DNA from: Actinomycetes bacterium
GTDB lineage: Bacteria > Actinomycetota > Acidimicrobiia > Acidimicrobiales > RAAP-2
DNA length: 64,000 bases
Assembly: GCA_021806045.1 (NCBI GenBank)
Contig: JAJZDI010000007.1
Span: forward strand, 42,803-106,802
Direction: 5' to 3'
Position numbers and translations under genes: made by a program. Shown here piece by piece: positions 1 to 6,942 of the stretch. The notes under the pieces were generated by a model. That model searched no databases, was not told the origin of the DNA, and saw only the letters and a program-made list of their open reading frames with translations. Within the stretch, counting starts at the first letter, position 1; each line of letters begins with the position of its first letter.

Positions 1-57
1 GGCGAGCACCTCGGCGTCCCCCGGCGGGAACACCGTTTCCTCTCGAATTGCACCCAT
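1..57 (-). CDS. 5' end of an unidentified CDS running off the left edge (MGAIREETVFPPGDAEVLA...)
   Basis: ATG at 57-55 on the minus strand with a GGAGG Shine-Dalgarno 6 nt upstream (revcomp of 61-70). Only 19 codons are visible. Confidence 0.3.
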   Translation of the reverse strand, partial: MGAIREETVFPPGDAEVLA

Positions 58-244
58 CAGCCACCTCCCCGATCTACGCCTCAGCCTACCAAGAATCGCA
101 AGAATCGCAATCACTCCCGATGGACCGGGACCCTCGAGACCCAGGATGATCAGCATCCGCGCCGAACTGACCCATCGCTGCGTGCGCCGAGGAGACCGTC
201 CGCCGCGACGGCGCCGGACGCCGGGACTCGGCCTGACCTCCGTG

Positions 245-522
245 CCCTCCACGTGCCCTAACGGATTGGAAATCGGTGCGAATCGGCGTCAGTGACGGTC
301 ACTGACGGTGAGTGCATTTCTTGCCGGCGGCCAAGGCATTCGTCGGTCCATCGAGGCCGCGAGCGATGCACCGCCAACCCCCTCCGTGCCCTGAAATGCG
401 CGAGGTCACCCGATCGACGCCGGTCCCGACCACCGAGAAGATGCAGGTCAGCGGGGGTGGGGGGCCTGATCGACGTCGGAGCGAGCGACCGACGCGCCCT
501 CCACGCACCCTAACGATTCGGA
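245..522. repeat. Two copies of a ~26-bp motif (CCCTCCACGYRCCCTAACGGATTSGGA) at 245-270 and 497-522
   Basis: Direct comparison of the two stretches gives about 21 of 26 identical. A related CTCCGTGCCCT word also occurs at 238 and 382. The motifs lie in an ORF-poor 0.8-kb region. Confidence 0.6.
287..307. repeat. Perfect palindrome CGTCAGTGAC-G-GTCACTGACG
   Basis: 10-bp arms are exact reverse complements with a 1-nt spacer. It could be a hairpin or a dimeric protein-binding site. Confidence 0.7.
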
Positions 523-800
523 GTGAGCGTTGCCTGCCCTCGATAGGTCACCGTTCGTATGTCGAGAGGGCCGACCCACCGACCCGGTCTGCGAGCTGCT
601 GCCCGACCGTTCCAGCGGGTGACGGGTGGTGCCGGAATATGCCGTTGAGCTTTCGCGTGTCGGACGGTTTCGGCTGATCCGACCAAGAACGGCCCGTGTC
701 GGGCCATGCGTCAGAGGATCCGTTAGAAGCCGAGCCGCGAGCGCCCCCAAGCTGCCTGGTCTCTGTGACCGTTGTCCGGATTGTCAACGGCGCGCTTTGG

Positions 801-841
801 GTGTACGTTGTCTGCACACGCCGGTGTACATCGGCTGTACA
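801..841 (+). promoter_or_regulatory. Candidate operator region upstream of the DUF1778 antitoxin (three TGTAC(A) boxes)
   Basis: GTGTAC at 801, and TGTACA at 825 and 836, lie immediately upstream of the AAGGAG RBS (841-846) and the ATG at 853. Confidence 0.35.
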
Positions 842-852
842 AGGAGACCATC

Positions 853-1152
853 ATGGCGATCCAGTCCACCACCGGGCGGAATCAGCGGGATGCACGTCTC
901 AATATCAGGGCATCCTCGCAACAGCAGCAGCTGATTCGCAGCGCTGCCGCCGCGGTCGACAAGAGCGTCACCGACTTCGTGCTCGAGAGCGCTACCGCCA
1001 ACGCCGAACGGGTGCTTGCCGATCGTCGGTGGTTCGTCCTCTCTGACGAAGCGTGGGCTGACTTCGAAGCTCTCCTCGACGCCCCCGCCACGCGCACCCC
1101 GAAGCTCGCTGCCCTCCTCAGCGAGCCGACCGTGTTCGATATGCAGGAGTAA
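853..1152 (+). CDS. DUF1778-family (TacA-like) type II antitoxin
   Basis: Translation MAIQSTTGRNQRDARLNIRASSQQQQLIRSAAAAVDKSVTDFVLESA... shows the ribbon-helix-helix DUF1778 pattern. AAGGAG sits 6 nt upstream of the ATG. The gene lies 10 nt upstream of its GNAT partner. Confidence 0.85.
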   Translation: MAIQSTTGRNQRDARLNIRASSQQQQLIRSAAAAVDKSVTDFVLESATANAERVLADRRWFVLSDEAWADFEALLDAPATRTPKLAALLSEPTVFDMQE

Positions 1153-1162
1153 CCGCTGTCGT

Positions 1163-1681
1163 ATGCCTGAGCAGCCGCTCGAGCCGCCGGCACCGCTCGA
1201 GAAGACCCACGTCACAGATGACTTCACGAGCGGAGCCGACGAGCTGGACGAGTGGCTCAAGGACTACGCATGGGTGAACCACCGCTCTGGCAACGCTCGC
1301 GTCTTCGTGGCCACGAGAGGCAACCGCGTCGTTGGTTACTACGCGCTGGCCACCGCCGGCGTCGAGAAAGCGGAAGCTCCCGATCAGATCACGAACGGCG
1401 GTGTGCCCAATCAGATCCCGTGCCTGCTCTTGGCCCGACTCGCAGTGGACGTGTCCGAACAGAACCGCAAGGTCGGCAAGGGCCTGCTTGTCGACGCGAT
1501 CCGAAGAGCCATACGTGTGTCGGAGGACGTTGGGGTGCGCGCTCTCCTGATCCACGCTCGCGACGAACAGGCCCGATCGTTCTACGAACATCAAGGCGAG
1601 TTCGTGCAGTCACCGACCGATCCACTCCACCTGTTCCTACACCTGAAGCACGCCGGCGCACTGATGCCCGACCAGGGCTGA
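1163..1681 (+). CDS. GNAT-family acetyltransferase toxin (TacT/AtaT-like)
   Basis: 172 aa with a Q-x-x-G-x-G acetyl-CoA motif (QNRKVGKGLL). It has the canonical position downstream of a DUF1778 antitoxin. Confidence 0.85.
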   Translation: MPEQPLEPPAPLEKTHVTDDFTSGADELDEWLKDYAWVNHRSGNARVFVATRGNRVVGYYALATAGVEKAEAPDQITNGGVPNQIPCLLLARLAVDVSEQNRKVGKGLLVDAIRRAIRVSEDVGVRALLIHARDEQARSFYEHQGEFVQSPTDPLHLFLHLKHAGALMPDQG

Positions 1682-2116
1682 GGCGTCCGCACCCGGGGGT
1701 GCGCCCACCAGCTGGGTGGCCAGCGCGCCGAGCGGGACCGGCTGCGAGGCGGCCGTGGCGGCCACGGACACCAGGTGGACGTCGCTCCGGGCGGCCAGCA
1801 GCGCTGCCACCTCGCCAATGAGCCGGGTCTTGCCGACGCCCGGTGGGCCGTCGACGGTGACGCCCCTGCCCGCGAGAAGGCATCGCACGACGCCGTCGAG
1901 CTCGCCGGCCCGACCGACGAGCGGTCCTCCGCCTCGCAAGGGCAGAGCGTAGGGGTGCCGGCGGGGCACGACAATCGGTGCCGGACCCACCGAGTGGAGG
2001 AGCTCCCGATGGCCACGGTCACCTTCGTCACCGCCGCGCGTCGGCCCGGAGCGGGGGAGGCGACCTCGCCCCCGAGGCTGCACCGCATGGTCGAGCCACC
2101 CAGCACGCTTCGACAC
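1637..2116 (-). pseudogene. N-terminal fragment of an AAA_16/LuxR-type large ATPase regulator
   Basis: LVGRAGELDGVVRCLLAGRGVTVDGPPGVGKTRL is the typical N-terminus and Walker A of ~900-aa regulators. The ORF stops after ~159 codons, and its 3' end overlaps the convergent GNAT gene. Confidence 0.6.
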
Positions 2117-2165
2117 ACCTGACGTGCATCCGGGGCCGGCCGGCGATCGCGGGCGATCAGATCTG

Positions 2166-2235
2166 GTCCTGATTTCCGGACAGCCATTTCGTGTCCGGTA
2201 ATCAGGACTGAGGTCGCTTGTCCTGAAATCCGGAC
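2166..2235 (+). promoter_or_regulatory. Three GTCC-N8-GGAC operator-like boxes upstream of hipB
   Basis: GTCCTGATTTCCGGAC (2166-2181), GTCCGGTAATCAGGAC (2193-2208) and GTCCTGAAATCCGGAC (2220-2235) are spaced 27 bp centre to centre and end 1 nt before the hipB ATG. Confidence 0.6.
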
Positions 2236-2236
2236 C

Positions 2237-2509
2237 ATGTCACTATGTCTCGATATGGAGACATCCGATCCAGCCCCGCCCTCCGACGGGTCATACCGCG
2301 TCTACACCCCGGAATCCTTGGGCACAGCCATCCGCCACTACCGGACGGAAGCGGGACTCTCCCAGGCGCAGCTCGCCGAGGTTGCCGGGCTGAACCGGAC
2401 CTACCTGTCGAATCTCGAAAGCGGCAAGGAGACGGAGCAGGTCCGCAGGATCCTGCGGGTGCTCCGGCACCTCGGCGTGCGCATGACCTTGGAACAGGCG
2501 GAGTGGTAG
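2237..2509 (+). CDS. hipB: HipB-like XRE-family HTH antitoxin
   Basis: The HTH segment is GLSQAQLAEVAGLNRTYLSNLESGK. The stop TAG overlaps the GTG of the downstream HipA kinase. The start may instead be the in-frame ATG at 2255. Confidence 0.85.
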   Translation: MSLCLDMETSDPAPPSDGSYRVYTPESLGTAIRHYRTEAGLSQAQLAEVAGLNRTYLSNLESGKETEQVRRILRVLRHLGVRMTLEQAEW

Positions 2510-3747
2510 TGGCGGATGAGCTCGCCGTCTGGCTCTACGCATCGTGCGTTGCGACGGTCGCCAGCGACAGGCGCGGGCCGCGCCTGACCTACACGGACGA
2601 GGCGCGCCGACGGTATGCACCCGGTACCCCGCTGCTGTCGTTGTCGCTGCCCGTCCGGACGGAACGCTTCCCTCAAGGCATCGCTCGACCGTTCCTCGAC
2701 GGCCTTCTCCCCGAAGGCGAATCGCGACGGATCATCGCCCGACGTGTCGGGGTTGATGCCGACGACACGCACGGGTTGATCAACGCACTCGGCCGGGACT
2801 GTGCCGGAGCGATCGTCATCCAGCCGATGGAGGAGTCCGGCCCGCCGCCGTCAACGACGACAACCGCCGAGCCCCTCTCTGACGACCAACTCGCCGACCT
2901 CGTGCGCAACCTCCGGAGTGCACCCCTCGGCGCCAGCGGCCGCGTTCGGATCTCCCTCGCCGGCGTGCAGGACAAGCTGCTCCTGACGCGGATGCCGGAC
3001 GGGACGTGGGGGCGGCCGGTGGCCGGTACGCCCTCCACGCACATCCTCAAGCCCGAGACCGCCGCCCATCCGAACACGGTCGAGAACGAAGCCTTCTGCA
3101 TGCGCGTTGCGAAGCATCTCGGCCTCCAGGTTGCGAGCGTGGAGACGACGGAGGTGGCGGGACGCAAGCTGGTTGTCGTCGAGCGCTACGACCGCATGGT
3201 GCGGCCGGATGGGACGGTGGAGCGGATCCACCAGGAGGACTTCTGCCAGGCGACCGGGACGAGGCCGGGCGACAAGTACCAGGAGGACGGTGGACCGTCG
3301 CTGGCACGGATCGCCGACATCGTCGCCACGGCGGCGGCCCGGGACTCGCTCGAACGCCTCTTGCAGGCGGCGACCCTCAACACCTTGGTCGGGAACGGCG
3401 ATGCCCATGCGAAGAACGTCTCACTCCTCCACGAACGCTCCGGCGCCCTGCACCTCGCCCCTCTCTACGACGCGATGTGCACGCTGGTCTACGGCGACGA
3501 CCGGCTGGCGATGTACGTGGACGGTGTCCGCCGCACGGACGGGGTGACAGCGCAGCGACTGGTCAACGAAGGAGCCAGCTGGGGGCTGCCGCGCCGGCGA
3601 TGCGAGGAGATCATCGAGGACATCCTCTACCGAGCGCCGGATGCCATCGAGGCCGCCCGGGACGAGACAGCCGGCGTTCCGGACACCATCGTCACCACCG
3701 TCGAGGGCCAGCTCGCGCAGCTCCGATCATCCCCGCCCAGTGGATGA
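2509..3747 (+). CDS. hipA: HipA-family serine/threonine kinase toxin
   Basis: The N-terminal coupling domain reads LAVWLY...LTYTDEA...LSLSLP. The kinase core has GVQDKLLL and the catalytic GNGDAHAKNVSLL. The GTG start is at 2509 (or 2503). Confidence 0.9.
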   Translation: MADELAVWLYASCVATVASDRRGPRLTYTDEARRRYAPGTPLLSLSLPVRTERFPQGIARPFLDGLLPEGESRRIIARRVGVDADDTHGLINALGRDCAGAIVIQPMEESGPPPSTTTTAEPLSDDQLADLVRNLRSAPLGASGRVRISLAGVQDKLLLTRMPDGTWGRPVAGTPSTHILKPETAAHPNTVENEAFCMRVAKHLGLQVASVETTEVAGRKLVVVERYDRMVRPDGTVERIHQEDFCQATGTRPGDKYQEDGGPSLARIADIVATAAARDSLERLLQAATLNTLVGNGDAHAKNVSLLHERSGALHLAPLYDAMCTLVYGDDRLAMYVDGVRRTDGVTAQRLVNEGASWGLPRRRCEEIIEDILYRAPDAIEAARDETAGVPDTIVTTVEGQLAQLRSSPPSG

Positions 3748-4270
3748 CCGACGACGCAGGCGACTGACGATCAGCGGCCGTCGCCATCGGCGATCGACAT
3801 GCTTCGCCGTCGTGATCTGATCCGGTAACACCCTCCTCGCCATCCGACTCCGTGTTCTCGTGTGGGGCAGCACCGGGTTGGTGACACCTGCGTCAGCGGG
3901 GCCACGCGTCGCCATCTGTTGTCCAGACCGAGGGCCTGACCAGCAGGCAGTTCCGGTACTCGGGGAATCCATTTCCCGGTCACGGTCGGCCCGGTGTGGG
4001 TGCACAGACGGCAGTCCTCGGATCGTGTGACCGGGGCCTCTCGGGAAGACCGCTCGCGAAGACGAGGTGCGGAACATCGAGCCCCTCTGGAACAAGCGCG
4101 CCCGCCCGTCCAATGTCGTACGCACTGAGCGCTCCCCTCGAGGACGGCGCGTCTGCGTCGAGCGAGGGCGCAACTCGACGTTCGTCGGGTGCAGGTGGGA
4201 CGGGCCGCTGCCGCCTCGGGCACGTTCATCTTCGAAGGTCCCGGCCCGCGCCATGAGGTCGGACGGCCGG

Positions 4271-5485
4271 TCAAGACGGTCCTGGGGCCTGGAGAAGCTG
4301 GCGGAGCCAGGTGTCCATCATGTCCCACTCGTGGGCCGCTGACCGGTAAGCGAACTCGATCATGCCGACGAAGAAGGCGATCATCGCCCCGGGGACCAAC
4401 ACCGCCGGCAGTGCGGTGGGCGAATGTCCCGATACCAGCTGGGACACCAGACCGATCGTCCCTCCGACGAAGAAGAGCGAAGCGAGCCCACCCCATATGG
4501 CGCTGAACACCGCTACGACCTCGAGTGGGCCCGTCGTGCCGACGAGCCAGGACCCCGGGCCGTTCACAGCGACCGCGCCCCGGAAGTTCCATCGCCACGA
4601 GTTGTTCAGACCGCTACGACAGACCAGGCGCACCTGCCACCCCGACACCTTCCCCGTGTAGATCGATCCTCCAACCCACGACATCATCCGTGTGGGCGCC
4701 AAATGCATACGCAACCGTTCAATGGCGTCAGCTGGAGGGAGAGGCGTCCACAATGCGTACTGTCGGCGCAACAGGCGGGACCTGATCCAACCCGTGACCT
4801 TTGCACCCAGCGTGCGCCTACCGGTCTGCGAGACGGCATCAGGCGGGGAGAGTGCCGTGGTGGTCGCCTTCGTGGTCAGATTGAAGCCGCCTTGCAGAGC
4901 TGCCGACTCCAGGCGATCGGGATCTGCGATGTTCACGAACGCCAGCTCGGGTCGTGCAAACCAATCGGCACCGGGCCAGCCAGTGCCTCGAAGCATGTCG
5001 GTCGGCATCGTTCCCGCACCGAGGAGTGCGCGAACCCCTCCGGGACGCTCGTGGCTCGACGGAAGCTTCCACACGGCGATTGCATGACCACCGCGCCGGC
5101 GCGTGACCGTCATCGGATCGGCCAGCGACGCCTCGCGCTTCACCCGGCGCCCAATGATCTCGACTGCACGCTGGTCAGTGAGTGCATAGCGGGTCCGGTG
5201 GAAGCGCCAGAGCTTCACGATGAACCGGCCAATGACCAGATAGGCGCCGACGACGAGGAACGGAAACGTGCTGAAATTTGGCACGGCAGATCCGCCATGA
5301 CGCGTGCTGAGCGCCACGGCCACGAAGAAGCCGGTCCAGACGATGCTCAGTGGAAGAAGGAACGCGTCCTGGGGGGCGAACACGACATGAGGATCGGGCC
5401 GACCTCGCCACGCGATCCACTCGCCGGGTCGCAGCCACGGGGCGTCGCCGGCTGATTCACCCCAGTCCCGCCAACTCCCCACCAT
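4271..5485 (-). CDS. Membrane protein with N-terminal bacterial PH-like (YdbS/YdbT-type) region
   Basis: 404-aa ORF with several hydrophobic segments and a TRYALTDQRAV motif after two TM helices. No function can be assigned. Confidence 0.6.
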   Translation of the reverse strand: MVGSWRDWGESAGDAPWLRPGEWIAWRGRPDPHVVFAPQDAFLLPLSIVWTGFFVAVALSTRHGGSAVPNFSTFPFLVVGAYLVIGRFIVKLWRFHRTRYALTDQRAVEIIGRRVKREASLADPMTVTRRRGGHAIAVWKLPSSHERPGGVRALLGAGTMPTDMLRGTGWPGADWFARPELAFVNIADPDRLESAALQGGFNLTTKATTTALSPPDAVSQTGRRTLGAKVTGWIRSRLLRRQYALWTPLPPADAIERLRMHLAPTRMMSWVGGSIYTGKVSGWQVRLVCRSGLNNSWRWNFRGAVAVNGPGSWLVGTTGPLEVVAVFSAIWGGLASLFFVGGTIGLVSQLVSGHSPTALPAVLVPGAMIAFFVGMIEFAYRSAAHEWDMMDTWLRQLLQAPGPS

Positions 5486-5613
5486 CCATCATCACGATAC
5501 CGGTCAGCCGGATCGTGTCCCAGCGCCCGGCACGCGTCGGAGCCACGTCGCGCTCCGTAGGTCGCACACCCGGTCGCCTGTGAGCAGATCGCGCCCCGAC
5601 CTAGCCTCATGGC

Positions 5614-6225
5614 ATGACGCCCGGCCACTCCCACGATCAACACGGCACCGGAGCTGACCCCTGCCCCGACCCCGGTGGCGACGATCGCGCCGGCGCCAAG
5701 ACTGGCGACCACGAGCTGAGCGTGCAGGAGCGCCTCTACCCCACGTTGACCTGCTTCGGCTGCGGCCACGCCAACCCCAAGGGGCTCAAGCTCCGCAGCT
5801 ACGAGGCCCCCACCTACAGCGCGGACGGCGCGGTCACCGGTCAGTTCATGCCGTGGCCCGAGCACGACAACGGCGTCGGGTTCCTGAACGGCGGGATCAT
5901 CGCCACCCTCCTCGACTGCCACAGCGCAGCCGCGGTGGTGCTGGAGGCGAGGCGCCAGGGGTGGGAGGCACTCGGCGGTGCACCGTTGGCCTTCGTCACG
6001 GCCGCCATCGACGTGCGCTACCTGCGCCCGTCGCCCCTCCACGAACCGGTCGAGCTGTGGGCTGCGGTGTCGCGGGCCACCGGGTCCGAGATGACCGTCG
6101 GCGTCGAGCTGCGCTTCGAGGAGAAGACGCGTGCGGCGGCCACGGCAACCTGGCGCCGGTGGCGACCGCGACCCGGACCGGGTCCGGGCGGGACGCCGCC
6201 TCCGGGAGCGCACGGCGCCGGTTGA
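5614..6225 (+). CDS. PaaI/hotdog-fold thioesterase
   Basis: CFGCG zinc-ribbon-like start is followed by GFLNGGIIATLLDCHSAAAV, typical of PaaI-family thioesterases. Confidence 0.7.
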   Translation: MTPGHSHDQHGTGADPCPDPGGDDRAGAKTGDHELSVQERLYPTLTCFGCGHANPKGLKLRSYEAPTYSADGAVTGQFMPWPEHDNGVGFLNGGIIATLLDCHSAAAVVLEARRQGWEALGGAPLAFVTAAIDVRYLRPSPLHEPVELWAAVSRATGSEMTVGVELRFEEKTRAAATATWRRWRPRPGPGPGGTPPPGAHGAG

Positions 6226-6254
6226 CCGCCTGCTCGCCCGCCGGCGGTGGCGGG

Positions 6255-6815
6255 TCACTCGCCGGTCGCTGCGCGGCCCACCTCGGCACCGGCCAGGAAC
6301 GCCTCGATCTCGGCACGGCTGCGCAGGCGCACGAAGGTGAGATGGGCGCACGACGGCGCCGCCATCGCCTCCTCCAAACGTTGCCGGCGCTCGTCGAACG
6401 TGGTCCACGCCCACCGCACGACGGACCGTTCCGGGTCCCACCGCAGCAGACCGAGGACGGGCTCCCGGTTCCCGTTCCACAGTTCCTCACGGCGAAGGGC
6501 GCGCCGGAGGGTGCGCCACACCACCTGGCGCATGACCACGGCACGCGGTAGGTCGAGCCACACCACGGTGTCGGCGCGTGCCCAGACGGGGCCCTCGCCC
6601 ACCACCGCCCGGTAGTTCCCGTCGGCGACCCAGCCGGCAACCGACGTCGCGTCGTCGACGGCGGCGAGGAACGCGTTGGCGTCGGCCGGCTGCCAGCCGG
6701 GCCCGTGGAACAGTGCGTCGAGCTCGACGTGGGGGACGCCGAGCCGCCCGGCCAGCCTGCGGGCCACCGTGGTCTTCCCGGAGCCGGAGGTGCCCACCAC
6801 CGAGATGCGCCGCAC
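6255..6815 (-). CDS. AAA/adenylate-kinase-like P-loop ATPase (topology-modulation-protein-like)
   Basis: VRRISVVGTSGSGKTTVARRLA Walker A lies at the N-terminus. I chose the GTG at 6815 because the longer ATG (6926) would overlap the divergent gene. Confidence 0.7.
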   Translation of the reverse strand: MRRISVVGTSGSGKTTVARRLAGRLGVPHVELDALFHGPGWQPADANAFLAAVDDATSVAGWVADGNYRAVVGEGPVWARADTVVWLDLPRAVVMRQVVWRTLRRALRREELWNGNREPVLGLLRWDPERSVVRWAWTTFDERRQRLEEAMAAPSCAHLTFVRLRSRAEIEAFLAGAEVGRAATGE

Positions 6816-6942
6816 GCGACCATCATGCCGTTCGGGCTGCCGGTCGGGCTGCCGGACTACCGGGTAGGCGGGTGCCGGGCGCCGCCCGTGCCGTCCGGCC
6901 ACTACGGTGCGTGGCCATGGCGCCATCTGCCGGCCGCCGCCG

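Noticed and set aside
3748-4270. Possible missed gene in the 520-bp gap between convergent hipA and the membrane-protein gene
   Set aside because: All six frames give Arg/Ser/Pro-rich translations without motifs or a clean GC3 signature. I treat the gap as non-coding, possibly terminators or decayed DNA.
6816-6942. Longer start choices (ATG 6926 for the minus-strand ATPase, ATG 6907 for the plus-strand GT fusion) that would make the divergent genes overlap
   Set aside because: The Walker A motif lies directly after GTG 6815 (VRRISVVGTSGSGKT), and the GT fusion has an in-frame ATG at 6943. The shorter models avoid a 20-nt head-to-head overlap.
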